Shown here: in pieces, positions 35,201 to 50,200 of the stretch
Position numbering within the stretch: the first letter of the stretch is position 1
Layout: each line of letters begins with the position of its first letter
From: Eledone cirrhosa
Lineage: Eukaryota
Direction: 5' to 3'
Assembly (NCBI GenBank): GCA_964016885.1
Contig: OZ024743.1
Location: 378,634,001-378,698,000, forward strand
DNA length: 64,000 bases
The notes under the pieces: model-generated
The model's input: the letters and a program-made list of their open reading frames with translations, nothing else
Database searches by the model: none
What the model was told of the DNA's origin: nothing
Translations under genes and position numbers: made by a program

Positions 35201-38200
35201 AGACAGGGTTCTCCCATATTGTCCAGGTATATATCATTGTAGAAGTGGTGGTGGTCAGTCTATTAGGAGACAGGGTTCTCCCATATTGTCCAGGTATATA
35301 TCATTGTAGTAGTGGCGGTGGTCTGTCTATCAGGAGACAGGGTTTTCCTACATTGTCCAGGTATATATCATTGTAGAAGTGGTGGTGGTCTGTTTATTAG
35401 GAGACAGGGTTCTCCTACATTGTCCAGGTATATATCATTGTAGTAGTGGTGGTGGTCTGTTTATTAGGAGACAGGGTTCTCCTACATTGACCAGGTATAT
35501 ATCATTGTAGAAGTGGTGGTGGTCTGTTTATTAGGAGACAGGGTTCTCCCATATTGTCCAGGTATATATCATAGTAGAAGTGGTGGTGGTCTGTCTATTA
35601 GGAGACAGGGTTCTCCCATATTGTCCAGGTATATATCATTGTAGTAGTGGTGGTGGTCTGTCTATTAGGAGACAGGGTTCTCCCATATTGTCCAGGTATA
35701 TATCATTGTAGTAGTGGTGGTGGTCTGTTTATTAGGAGACAGGGTTCTCCTACATTGTCCAGGTATATATCATTGTAGTAGTGGTGGTGGTCTGTCTATT
35801 AGGAGACAGGGTTCTCCCATATTGTCCAGGTATATATCATTGTAGTAGTGGTGGTGGTCTGTCTATTAGGAGACAGGGTTCTCCTACATTGTCCAGGTAT
35901 ATATCATTGTAGTAGTGGTGGTGGTCTGTTTATTAGGAGACAGGGTTCTCCTACATTGTCCAGGTATATATCATTGTAGAAGTGGTGGTGGTCTGTTTAT
36001 TAGGAGACAGGGTTCTCCTACATTGTCCAGGTATATAACATTGTAGAAGTGGTGGTGGTCTGTTTATTAGGAGACAGGGTTCTCCCATATTGTCCAGGTA
36101 TATATCATTGTAGAAGTGGTGATGGTCTGTTTATTAGGAGACAGGGTTCTCCTACATTGTCCAGGTATATAACATTGTAGAAGTGGTGGTGGTCTGTTTA
36201 TTAGGAGACAGGGTTCTCCCATATTGTCCAGGTATATATCATTGTAGAAGTGGTGGTGGTCTGTTTATTAGGAGACAGGGTTCTCCTACATTGTCCAGGT
36301 ATATAACATTGTAGAAGTGGTGGTGGTCTGTTTATTAGGAGACAGGGTTCTCCCATATTGTCCAGGTATATAACATTGTAGAAGTGGTGGTGGTCTGTTT
36401 ATTAGGAGACAGGGTTCTCCTACATTGTCCAGGTATATATCATTGTAGTAGTGGTGGTGGTCTGTTTATTAGGAGACAGGGTTCTCCTACATTGTCCAGG
36501 TATATATCATTGTAGTAGTGGTGGTGGTCTGTCTATTAGGAGACAGGGTTCTCCCATATTGTCCAGGTATATATCATTGTAATAGTGGTGGTGGTCTGTC
36601 TATTAGGAGACAGGGTACTCCTACATTGTCCAGGTATATATCATTGTAGAAGTGGTGGTGGTCTGTTTATTAGGACACAGGGTTCTCCTACATTGTCCAG
36701 GTATATATCATTGTAGAAGTGGTGGTGGTCTGTTTATTAGGAGACAGGGTTCTCCTACATTGTCCAGGTATATATCATTGTAGAAGTGGTGGTGGTGTGT
36801 CTATTAGGAGACAGGGTCTCCCATATTGTCCAGGTATATATCATGGTAGTAGTGATGGTGGTCTGTCTATTAGGAGACAGGGTTCTCCCATATTGTCCAG
36901 GTATATATCATTGTAGAAGTGGTGGTGGTCTGTTTATTAGGAGACAGGGTTCTCCTACATTGTCCAGGTATATATCATTGTAGAAGTGGTGGTGGTCTGT
37001 CTATTAGGAGACAGGGTTCTCCCATATTGTCCAGGTATATATCATTGTAGTAGTGGTGGTGGTCTGTTTATTAGGAGACAGGGTTCTCCTACATTGTCCA
37101 GGTATATATTATTGTAGAAGTGGTGGTCGTCTGTCTATTAGGAGACAGGGTTCTCCCATATTGTCCAGGTATATATCATTGTAGTAGTGGTGGTGGTCTG
37201 TCTATTAAGAGACAGGGTTCTCCCATATTGTCCAGGTATATATCATTGTAGAAGTGGTGGTGGTCTGTTTATTAGGAGACAGGGTTCTCCCATATTGTCC
37301 AGGTATATATCATAGTAGAAGTGGTGGTGGTCTGTCTATTAGGAGACAGGGTCTCCCATATTGTCCAGGTATATATCATTGTAGTAGTGGTGGTGGTCTG
37401 TCTATTAGGAGACAGGGTTCTCCTACATTGTCCAGGTATATATCATTGTAGTAGTGGTGGTGGTCTGTCTATTAGGAGACAGGGTTCTCCTACATTGTCC
37501 AGGTATATAACATTGTAGTAGTGGTGGTGGTCTGTCTATTAGGAGACAGGGTTCTCCTACATTGTCCAGGTATATAACATTGTAGTAGTGATGGTGGTCT
37601 GTCTATTAGGAGACAGGGTTCTCCCATATTGTCCAGGTATATATCATTGTAGTAGTGGTGGTGGTCTGTCTATTAGGAGACAGGGTTCTCCCATATTGTC
37701 CAGGTATATATCATTGTAGTAGTGGCGGTGGTCTGTCTATCAGGAGACAGGGTTTTCCTACATTGTCCAGGTATATATCATTGTAGTAGTGGTGGTGGTC
37801 TGTCTATTAGGAGACAGGGTTCTCCCATATTGTCCAGGTATATAACATTGTAGAAGTGGTGGTGGTCTGTTTATTAGGAGACAGGGCTCTCCTACATTGT
37901 CCAGGTATATAAAATTGTAGAAGTGGTGGTGGTCTGTTTATTAGGAGACAGGGTTCTCCCATATTGTCCAGGTATATAACATTGTAGAAGTGGCGGTGGT
38001 CTGTTTATTAGGAGACAGGGTTCTCCTACATTGTCCAGGTATATATCATTGTAGAAGTGGTGGTGGTCTGTTTATTAGGAGACAGGGTTCTCCTACATTG
38101 TCCAGGTATATATCATTGTAGTAGTGGTGGTGATCTGTTTATTAGGAGACAGGGTTCTCCTACATTGTCCAGGTATATATCATTGTAGAAGTGGTGGTGG

Positions 38201-41200
38201 TCTGTCTATTAGGAGACAGGGTACTCCTACATTGTCCAGGTATATATCATTGTAGTAGTGGTGGTGGTGGTCTGTCTATTAGGAGACAGGGTTCTCCTAC
38301 ATTGTCCAGGTATATATCATTGTAGTAGTGGTGGTGGTCTGTTTATTAGGAGACATGGTTCTCCTACATTGTCCAGGTATATAACATTGTAGAAGTGGTG
38401 ATGGTCTGTCTATTAGGAGACAGGGTTCTCCTACATTGTCCAGGTATATAACATTGTAGAAGTGGTGGAGGTCTGTCTATTAGGAGACAGGGTTCTCCTA
38501 CATTGTCCAGGTATATAACATTGTAGTAGTGGTGGTGGTCTGTTTATTAGGAGACAGGGTTCTCCTACATTGTCCAGGTATATAACATTGTAGAAGTGGT
38601 GGTGGTCTGTTTATTAGGAGACAGGGTTCTCCTACATTGTCCAGGTATATATCATGGTAGTAGTGGTGGTGGTCTGTCTATTAGGAGACAGGGTTCTCCC
38701 ATATTGTCCAGGTATATATCATTGTAGAATGGTGGTGGTCTGTTTATTAGGAGACAGGGTTCTCCTACATTGTCCAGGTATATAACATTGTAGAAGTGGT
38801 GGTGGTCTGTTTATTAGGAGACAGGGTTCTCCCATATTGTCCAGGTATATAACATTGTAGAAGTGGTGGTGGTCTGTTTATTAAGAGACAGGGTTTCTCC
38901 TACATTGTCCAGGTATATATCATTGTAGTAGTGGTGGTGGTCTGTCTATTAGGAGACAGGGTTCTCCCATATTGTCCAGGTATATATCATTGTAGAATGG
39001 TGGTGGTCTGTTTATTAGGAGACAGGGTTCTCCTACATTGTCCAGGTATATATCATTGTAGTAGTGGTGGTGGTCTGTTTATTAGGAGACAGGGTCCTCC
39101 CATATTGTCCAGGTATATATCATTGTAGAAGTGGTGGTGGTCTGTCTATTAGGAGACAGGGTTCTCCTACATTGTCCAGGTATATATCATTGTAGTAGTG
39201 GTGGTGGTCTGTCTATTAGGAGACAGGGTTCTCCTACATTGTCCAGGTATATATCATTGTAGTAGTGGTGGTGGTCTGTCTATTAGGAGACAGGGTTCTC
39301 CTACATTGTCCAGGTATATATCATTGTAGAAGTGGTGGTGGTCTGTCTATTAGGAGACAGGGTTTTCATACATTGTCCAGGTATATATCATTGTAGTAGT
39401 GGTGGTGGTCTGTCTATTAGGAGACAGGGTTTTCCTACATTGTCCAGGTATATATCATTGTAGTAGTGGTGGTGGTCTGTCTATTAGGAGACAGGGTTTT
39501 CCTACATTGTCCAGGTATATATCATTGTAGTAGTGGTGGTGGTCTGTCTATTAGGAGACAGGGTTCTCCTACATTGTCCAGGTATATATCATTGTAGTAG
39601 TGGTGGTGGTCTGTCTATTAGGAGACAGGGTCTCCCATATTGTCCAGGTATATATCATGATAGTAGTGGTGGTGGTCTGTCTATTAGGAGACAGGGTTCT
39701 CCTACATTGTCCAGGTATATATCATTGTAGTAGTGGTGGTGGTCTGTCTATTAGGAGACAGGGTTCTCCCATATTGTCCAGGTATATATCATGATAGTAG
39801 TGGTGGTGGTCTGTCTATTAGGAGACAGGGTTCTCCTACATTGTCCAGGTATATATCATTGTAGTAGTGGTGGTGGTCTGTCTATTAGGAGACAGGGTCT
39901 CCCATATTGTCCAGGTATATATCATGATAGTAGTGGTGGTGGTCTGTCTATTAGGAGACAGGGTTCTCCCATATTGTCCAGGTATATATCATGATAGTAG
40001 TGGTGGTGGTCTGTCTATTAGGAGACAGGGTTCTCCTACATTGTCCAGGTATATATCATTGTAGTAGTGGTGGTGGTCTGTCTATTAGGAGACAGGGTCT
40101 CCCATATTGTCCAGGTATATATCATGATAGTAGTGGTGGTGGTCTGTCTATTAGGAGACAGGGTTCTCCTACATTGTCCAGGTATATATCATTGTAGTAG
40201 TGGTGGTGGTCTGTCTATTAGGAGACAGGGTTCTCCTACATTGTCCAGGTATATATCATTGTAGTAGTGGTGGTGGTCTGTCTATTAGGAGACAGGGTTC
40301 TCCTACATTGTCCAGGTATATATCATTGTAGTAGTGGTGGTGGTCTGTCTATTAGGAGACAGGGTTCTCCCATATTGTCCAGGTATATATCATGGTAGTA
40401 GTGGTGGTGGTCTGTCTATTAGGAGACAGGGTTCTCCTACATTGTCCAGGTATATATCATTGTAGAAGTGGTGGTGGTCTGTCTATTAGGAGACAGGGTT
40501 TTCCTACATTGTCCAGGTATATATCATTGTAGTAGTGGTGGTGGTCTGTCTATTAAGAGACAGGGTTCTCCCATATTGTCCAGGTATATAACATTGTAGT
40601 AGTGGTGGTGGTCTGTCTATTAGGAGACAGGGTTCTCCCATATTGTCCAGGTATATATCATTGTAGAAGTGGTGGTGGTCTGTTTATTAGGAGACAGGGT
40701 TCTCCTACATTGTCCAGGTATATATCATTGTAGTAGTGGTGGTGGTCTGTCTATTAGGAGACAGGGTTCTCCTACATTGTCCAGGTATATATCATTGTAG
40801 TAGTGGTGGTGGTCTGTTTATTAGGAGACAGGGTACTCCTACATTGTCCAGGTATATATCATTGTAGAAGTGGTAGTGGTCTGTCTATTAGGAGACAGGG
40901 TACTCCTACATTGTCCAGGTATATATCATTGTAGAAGTGGTGGTGGTCTGTTTATTAGGAGACAAGGTTCTCCTACATTGTCCAGGTATATATCATTGTA
41001 GAAGTGGTGGTGGTCTGTCTATTAGGAGACAGGGTTCTCCTACATTGTCCAGGTATATATCATTGTAGAAGTGGTGGTGGTCTGTTTATTAGGAGACAGG
41101 GTTCTCCTACATTGTCCAGGTATATATCATTGTAGTAGTGGTGGTGGTCTGTTTATTAGGAGACAGGGTTCTCCTACATTGTCCAGGTATATATCATTGT

Positions 41201-44200
41201 AGAAGTGGTGGTGGTCTGTCTATTAGGAGACAGGGTCTCCCATATTGTCCAGGTATATATCATTGTAATAGTGGTGGTGGTCTGTCTATTAGGAGACAGG
41301 GTCTCCCATATTGTCCAGGTATATATCATTGTAATAGTGGTGGTGGTCTGTCTATTAGGAGACTAGGAGACAGGGTCTCCCATATTGTCCAGGTATATAT
41401 CATTGTAGTAGTGGTGGTGGTCTGTCTATTAGGAGACAGGGTTCTCCTACATTGTCCAGGTATATATCATTGTAGAAGTGGTGGTGGTCTGTCTATTAGG
41501 AGACAGGGTTCTCCTACATTGTCCAGGTATATATCATTGTAGTAGTGGTGGTGGTCTGTCTATTAGGAGACAGGGTTCTCCTACATTGTCCAGGTATATA
41601 TCATTGTAGTAGTAGTGGTGGTCTGTCTATTAGGAGACAGGGTTCTCCTACATTGTCCAGGTATATATCATTGTAGAAGTGGTGGTGGTCTGTTTATTAG
41701 GAGACAGGGTTCTCCCATATTGTCCAGGTATATATCATTGTAGTAGTGGTGGTGGTCTGTCTATTAGGAGACAGGGTTCTCCTACATTGTCCAGGTATAT
41801 ATCATTGTAGAAGTGGTGGTGGTCTGTCTATTAGGAGACAGGGTCTCCCATATTGTCCAGGTATATATCATTGTAGTAATGGTGGTGGTCTGTCTATTAG
41901 GAGACAGGGTTCTCCTACATTGTCCAGGTATATATCATTGTAGTAGTGGTGGTGGTCTGTCTATTAGGAGACAGGGTTCTCCTACATTGTCCAGGTATAT
42001 AACATTGTAGTAGTGGTGGTGGTCTGTCTATTAGGAGACAGGGTTCTCCTACATTGTCCAGGTATATATCATTGTAGTAGTGATGGTGGTCTGTCTATTA
42101 GGAGACAGGGTTCTCCCATATTGTCCAGGTATATATCATTGTAGTAGTGGTGGTGGTCTGTCTATTAGGAGACAGGGTTCTCCCATATTGTCCAGGTATA
42201 TATCATTGTAGTAGTGGTGGTGGTCTGTCTATTAGGAGACAGGGTTTTCCTACATTGTCCAGGTATATATCATTGTAGAAGTGGTGGTGGTCTGTTTATT
42301 AGGAGACAGGGTTCTCCCATATTGTCCAGGTATATATCATTGTAGTAGTGGTGGTGGTCTGTTTATTAGGAGACAGGGCTCTCCTACATTGTCCAGGTAT
42401 ATAACATTGTAGAAGTGGAGGTGGTCTGTTTATTAGGAGACAGGGTTCTCCCATATTGTCCAGGTATATAACATTATAGAAGTGGCGGTGGTCTGTTTAT
42501 TAGGAGACAGGGTTCTCCTACATTGTCCAGGTATATATCATTGTAGAAGTGGTGGTGGTCTGTTTATTAGGAGACAGGGTTCTCCTACATTGTCCAGGTA
42601 TATATCATTGTAGTAGTGGTGGTGGTCTGTTTATTAGGAGACACGGTTCTCCTACATTGTCCAGGTATATATCATTGTAGAAGTGGTGGTGGTCTGTCTA
42701 TTAGGAGACAGGGTACTCCTACATTGTCCAGGTATATATCATTGTAGTAGTGGTGGTGGTGGTCTGTCTATTAGGAGACAGGGTTCTCCTACATTGTCCA
42801 GGTATATATCATGGTAGTAGTGGTGGTGGTCTGTCTATTAGGAGACAGGGTTCTCCCATATTGTCCAGGTATATATCATTGTAGAATGGTGGTGGTCTGT
42901 TTATTAGGAGACAGGGTTCTCCTACATTGTCCAGGTATATAACATTGTAGAAGTGGTGGTGGTCTGTTTATTAGGAGACAGGGTTCTCCCATATTGTCCA
43001 GGTATATAACATTGTAGAAGTGGTGGTGGTCTGTTTATTAAGAGACAGGGTTCTCCTACATTGTCCAGGTATATATCATTGTAGTAGTGGTGGTGGTCTG
43101 TCTATTAGGAGACAGGGTTCTCCCATATTGTCCAGGTATATATCATTGTAGAATGGTGGTGGTCTGTTTATTAGGAGACAGGGTTCTGCTACATTGTCCA
43201 GGTATATATCATTGTAGTAGTGGTGGTGGTCTGTTTATTAGGAGACAGGGTTCTCCCATATTGTCCAGGTATATATCATTGTAGTAGTGGTGGTGGTCTG
43301 TCTATTAGGAGACAGGGTTCTCCTACATTGTCCAGGTATATATCATTGTAGTAGTGGTGGTGGTCTGTGTATTAGGAGACAGGGTTCTCCTACATTGTCC
43401 AGGTATATATCATTGTAGTAGTGGTGGTGGTCTGTCTATTAGGAGACAGTGTTCTCCCATATTGTCCAGGTATATATCATAGTAGAAGTGGTGGTGGTCT
43501 GTCTATTAGGAGACAGGGTACCCCTACATTGTCCAGCTATATATCATTGTAGTAGTGGTGGTGGTCTGTCTATTAGGAGACAGGGTACCCCTACATTGTC
43601 CAGGTATATATCATTGTAGTAGTGGTGGTGGTCTGTCTATTAGGAGACAGGGTTCTCCTACATTGACCAGGTATATATCATTGTAGTAGTGGTGGTGGTC
43701 TGTCTATTAGGAGACAGGGTTCTCCTACATTGACCAGGTATATATCATTGTAGAAGTGGTGGTGGTCTGTCTATTAGGAGACAGGGTTCTCCCATATTGT
43801 CCAGGTATATATCATTGTAGAAGTGGTGGTGGTCTGTTTATTAGGAGACAGGGTTCTCCTACATTGTCCAGGTATATATCATTGTAGTAGTGGTGGTGGT
43901 CTGTTTATTAGGAGACAGGGTTCTCCTACGTTGTCCAGGTATATATCATTGTAGAAGTGGTGGTGGTCTGTCTATTAGGAGACAGGGTACTCCTACATTG
44001 TCCAGGTATATATCATTGTAGTAGTGGTGGTGGTGGTCTGTCTATTAGGAGACAGGGTTCTCCTACATTGTCCAGGTATATATCATTGTAGTAGTGGTGG
44101 TGGTCTGTTTATTAGGAGACAGGGTTCTCCTACATTGTCCAGGTATATAACATTGTAGTAGTGGTGGTGGTCTGTCTATTAAGAGACAGGGTTCTCCCAT

Positions 44201-47200
44201 ATTGTCCAGGTATATAACATTGTAGTAGTGGTGGTGGTCTGTCTATTAGGAGACAGGGTTCTCCCATATTGTCCAGGTATATATCATTGTAGAAGTGGTG
44301 GTGGTCTGTTTATTAGGAGACAGGGTTCTCCTACATTGTCCAGGTATATATCATTGTAGTAGTGGTGGTGGTCTGTCTATTAGGAGACAGGGTTCTCCTA
44401 CATTGTCCAGGTATATATCATTGTAGTAGTGGTGGTGGTCTGTTTATTAGGAGACAGGGTACTCCTACATTGTCCAGGTATATATCATTGTAGAAGTGGT
44501 AGTGGTCTGTCTATTAGGAGACAGGGTACTCCTACATTGTCCAGGTATATATCATTGTAGAAGTGGTGGTGGTCTGTTTATTAGGAGACAAGGTTCTCCT
44601 ACATTGTCCAGGTATATATCATTGTAGAAGTGGTGGTGGTCTGTCTATTAGGAGACAGGGTTCTCCTACATTGTCCAGGTATATATCATTGTAGAAGTGG
44701 TGGTGGTCTGTTTATTAGGAGACAGGGTTCTCCTACATTGTCCAGGTATATATCATTGTAGTAGTGGTGGTGGTCTGTTTATTAGGAGACAGGGTTCTCC
44801 TACATTGTCCAGGTATATATCATTGTAGAAGTGGTGGTGGTCTGTCTATTAGGAGACAGGGTCTCCCATATTGTCCAGGTATATATCATTGTAATAGTGG
44901 TGGTGGTCTGTCTATTAGGAGACAGGGTCTCCCATATTGTCCAGGTATATATCATTGTAATAGTGGTGGTGGTCTGTCTATTAGGAGACTAGGAGACAGG
45001 GTCTCCCATATTGTCCAGGTATATATCATTGTAGTAGTGGTGGTGGTCTGTCTATTAGGAGACAGGGTTCTCCTACATTGTCCAGGTATATATCATTGTA
45101 GAAGTGGTGGTGGTCTGTCTATTAGGAGACAGGGTTCTCCTACATTGTCCAGGTATATATCATTGTAGTAGTGGTGGTGGTCTGTCTATTAGGAGACAGG
45201 GTTCTCCTACATTGTCCAGGTATATATCATTGTAGTAGTGGTGGTGGTCTGTCTATTAGGAGACAGGGTTCTCCTACATTGTCCAGGTATATATCATTGT
45301 AGAAGTGGTGGTGGTCTGTCTATTAAGAGACAGGGTTCTCCCATATTGTCCAGGTACATATCATAGTAGAAGTGGTGGTGGTCTGTCTATTAAGAGACAG
45401 GGTTCTCACATATTGTCCAGGTATATATCATTGTAGAAGTGGTGGTGGTCTGTTTATTAGGAGACAGGGTTCTCCCATATTGTCCAGGTATATATCATTG
45501 TAGTAGTGGTGGTGGTCTGTCTATTAGGAGACAGGGTTCTCCTACATTGTCCAGGTATATATCATTGTAGAAGTGGTGGTGGTCTGTCTATTAGGAGACA
45601 GGGTCTCCCATATTGTCCAGGTATATATCATTGTAGTAATGGTGGTGGTCTGTCTATTAGGAGACAGGGTTCTCCTACATTGTCCAGGTATATATCATTG
45701 TAGTAGTGGTGGTGGTCTGTCTATTAGGAGACAGGGTTCTCCTACATTGTCCAGGTATATAACATTGTAGTAGTGGTGGTGGTCTGTCTATTAGGAGACA
45801 GGGTTCTCCTACATTGTCCAGGTATATATCATTGTAGTAGTGATGGTGGTCTGTCTATTAGGAGACAGGGTTCTCCCATATTGTCCAGGTATATATCATT
45901 GTAGTAGTGGTGGTGGTCTGTCTATTAGGAGACAGGGTTCTCCCATATTGTCCAGGTATATATCATTGTAGTAGTGGTGGTGGTCTGTCTATTAGGAGAC
46001 AGGGTTTTCCTACATTGTCCAGGTATATATCATTGTAGAAGTGGTGGTGGTCTGTTTATTAGGAGACAGGGTTCTCCCATATTGTCCAGGTATATATCAT
46101 TGTAGTAGTGGTGGTGGTCTGTTTATTAGGAGACAGGGCTCTCCTACATTGTCCAGGTATATAACATTGTAGAAGTGGAGGTGGTCTGTTTATTAGGAGA
46201 CAGGGTTCTCCCATATTGTCCAGGTATATAACATTATAGAAGTGGCGGTGGTCTGTTTATTAGGAGACAGGGTTCTCCTACATTGTCCAGGTATATATCA
46301 TTGTAGAAGTGGTGGTGGTCTGTTTATTAGGAGACAGGGTTCTCCTACATTGTCCAGGTATATATCATTGTAGTAGTGGTGGTGGTCTGTTTATTAGGAG
46401 ACACGGTTCTCCTACATTGTCCAGGTATATATCATTGTAGAAGTGGTGGTGGTCTGTCTATTAGGAGACAGGGTACTCCTACATTGTCCAGGTATATATC
46501 ATTGTAGTAGTGGTGGTGGTGGTCTGTCTATTAGGAGACAGGGTTCTCCTACATTGTCCAGGTATATATCATGGTAGTAGTGGTGGTGGTCTGTCTATTA
46601 GGAGACAGGGTTCTCCCATATTGTCCAGGTATATATCATTGTAGAATGGTGGTGGTCTGTTTATTAGGAGACAGGGTTCTCCTACATTGTCCAGGTATAT
46701 AACATTGTAGAAGTGGTGGTGGTCTGTTTATTAGGAGACAGGGTTCTCCCATATTGTCCAGGTATATAACATTGTAGAAGTGGTGGTGGTCTGTTTATTA
46801 AGAGACAGGGTTCTCCTACATTGTCCAGGTATATATCATTGTAGTAGTGGTGGTGGTCTGTCTATTAGGAGACAGGGTTCTCCCATATTGTCCAGGTATA
46901 TATCATTGTAGAATGGTGGTGGTCTGTTTATTAGGAGACAGGGTTCTGCTACATTGTCCAGGTATATATCATTGTAGTAGTGGTGGTGGTCTGTTTATTA
47001 GGAGACAGGGTTCTCCCATATTGTCCAGGTATATATCATTGTAGTAGTGGTGGTGGTCTGTCTATTAGGAGACAGGGTTCTCCTACATTGTCCAGGTATA
47101 TATCATTGTAGTAGTGGTGGTGGTCTGTGTATTAGGAGACAGGGTTCTCCTACATTGTCCAGGTATATATCATTGTAGTAGTGGTGGTGGTCTGTCTATT

Positions 47201-50200
47201 AGGAGACAGTGTTCTCCCATATTGTCCAGGTATATATCATAGTAGAAGTGGTGGTGGTCTGTCTATTAGGAGACAGGGTACCCCTACATTGTCCAGCTAT
47301 ATATCATTGTAGTAGTGGTGGTGGTCTGTCTATTAGGAGACAGGGTACCCCTACATTGTCCAGGTATATATCATTGTAGTAGTGGTGGTGGTCTGTCTAT
47401 TAGGAGACAGGGTTCTCCTACATTGACCAGGTATATATCATTGTAGTAGTGGTGGTGGTCTGTCTATTAGGAGACAGGGTTCTCCTACATTGACCAGGTA
47501 TATATCATTGTAGAAGTGGTGGTGGTCTGTCTATTAGGAGACAGGGTTCTCCCATATTGTCCAGGTATATATCATTGTAGAAGTGGTGGTGGTCTGTTTA
47601 TTAGGAGACAGGGTTCTCCTACATTGTCCAGGTATATATCATTGTAGTAGTGGTGGTGGTCTGTTTATTAGGAGACAGGGTTCTCCTACGTTGTCCAGGT
47701 ATATATCATTGTAGAAGTGGTGGTGGTCTGTCTATTAGGAGACAGGGTACTCCTACATTGTCCAGGTATATATCATTGTAGTAGTGGTGGTGGTGGTCTG
47801 TCTATTAGGAGACAGGGTTCTCCTACATTGTCCAGGTATATATCATTGTAGTAGTGGTGGTGGTCTGTTTATTAGGAGACAGGGTTCTCCTACATTGTCC
47901 AGGTATATAACATTGTAGAAGTGGTGGTGGTCTGTCTATTAGGAGACAGGGTTCTCCTACATTGTCCAGGTATATAACATTGTAGAAGTGGTGGTGGTCT
48001 GTCTATTAGGAGACAGGGTTCTCCTACATTGTCCAGGTATATAACATTGTAGTAGTGGTGGTGGTCTGTTTATTAGGAGACAGGGTTCTCCTACATTGTC
48101 CAGGTATATAACATTGTAGAAGTGGTGGTGGTCTGTTTATTAGGAGACAGGGTTCTCCTACATTGTCCAGGTATATATCATGGTAGTAGTGGTGGTGGTC
48201 TGTCTATTAGGAGACAGGGTTCTCCCATATTGTCCAGGTATATATCATTGTAGAATGGTGGTGCTCTGTTTATTAGGAGACAGGGTTCTCCTACATTGTC
48301 CAGGTATATAACATTGTAGAAGTGGTGGTGGTCTGTTTATTAGGAGACAGGGTTCTCCCACATTGTCCAGGTATATAACATTGTAGAAGTGGTGGTGGTC
48401 TGTTTATTAAGAGACAGGGTTCTCCTACATTGTCCAGGTATATATCATTGTAGTAGTGGTGGTGGTCTGTCTATTAGGAGACAGGGTTCTCCCATATTGT
48501 CCAGGTATATATCATTGTAGAATGGTGGTGGTCTGTTTATTAGGAGACATGGTCCTCCTACATTGTCCAGGTATATATCATTGTAGTAGTGGTGGTGGTC
48601 TGTTTATTAGGAGACAGGGTTCTCCCATATTGTCCAGGTATATATCATTGTAGTAGTGGTGGTGGTCTGTCTATTAGGAGACAGGGTTCTCCTACATTGT
48701 CCAGGTATATATCATTGTAGTAGTGGTGGTGGTCTGTTTATTAGGAGACAGGGTTCTCCTACATTGTCCAGGTATATATCATTGTAGTAGTGGTGGTGGT
48801 CTGTTTATTAGGAGACAGGGTTCTCCCATATTGTCCAGGTATATATCATTGTAGTAGTGGTGGTGGTCTGTCTATTAGGAGACAGGGTTTTCCTACATTG
48901 TCCAGGTATATATCATTGTAGTAGTGGTGGTGGTCTGTCTATTAGGAGACAGGGTTCTCCTACATTGTCCAGGTATATATCATTGTAGTAGTGGTGGTGG
49001 TCTGTCTATTAGGAGACAGGGTTCTCCTACATTGTCCAGGTATATATCATTGTAGTAGTGGTGGTGGTCTGTCTATTAGGAGACAGGGTTCTCCCATATT
49101 GTCCAGGTATATATCATTGTAGTAGTGGTGGTGGTCTGTCTATTAGGAGACAGGGTTTTCCTACATTGTCCAGGTATATATCATTGTAGTAGTGGTGGTG
49201 GTCTGTCTATTAGGAGACAGGGTTCTCCTACATTGTCCAGGTATATATCATTGTAGTAGTGGTGGTGGTATGTCTATTAGGAGACAGAGTTTTCCTACAT
49301 TGTCCAGGTATATATCATTGTAGAAGTGGTGGTGGTCTGTCTATTAGGAGACAGGGTTCTCCTACATTGTCCAGGTATATATCATTGTAGTAGTGGTGGT
49401 GGTCTGTCTATTAGGAGACAGGGTTCTCCCATATTGTCCAGGTATATATCATTGTAGTAGTGGTGGTGGTCTGTCTATTAGGAGACAGGGTTTTCCTACA
49501 TTGTCCAGGTATATATCATTGTAGTAGTGGTGGTGGTCTGTCTATTAGGAGACAGGGTTCTCCTACATTGTCCAGGTATATATCATTGTAGTAGTGGTGG
49601 TGGTCTGTCTATTAGGAGACAGGGTTCTCCCATATTGTCCAGGTATATATCATTGTAGTAGTGGTGGTGGTCTGTCTATTAGGAGACAGGGTTTTCCTAT
49701 ATTGTCCAGGTATATATCATTGTAGTAGTGGTGGTGGTCTGTCTATTAGGAGACAGGGTTCTCCTACATTGTCCAGGTATATATCATTGTAGTAGTGGTG
49801 GTGGTCTGTCTATTAGGAGACAGGGTTCTCCTACATTGTCCAGGTATATATCATTGTAGTAGTGGTGGTGGTCTGTCTATTAGGAGACAGGGTTCTCCCA
49901 TATTGTCCAGGTATATATCATTGTAGTAGTGGTGGTGGTCTGTCTATTAGGAGACAGGGTTTTCCTACATTGTCCAGGTATATATCATTGTAGTAGTGGT
50001 GGTGGTCTGTCTATTAGGAGACAGGGTTCTCCTACATTGTCCAGGTATATATCATTGTAGTAGTGGTGGTGGTCTGTCTATTAGGAGACAGAGTTTTCCT
50101 ACATTGTCCAGGTATATATCATTGTAGAAGTGGTGGTGGTCTGTCTATTAGGAGACAGGGTTCTCCTACATTGTCCAGGTATATATCATTGTAGTAGTGG

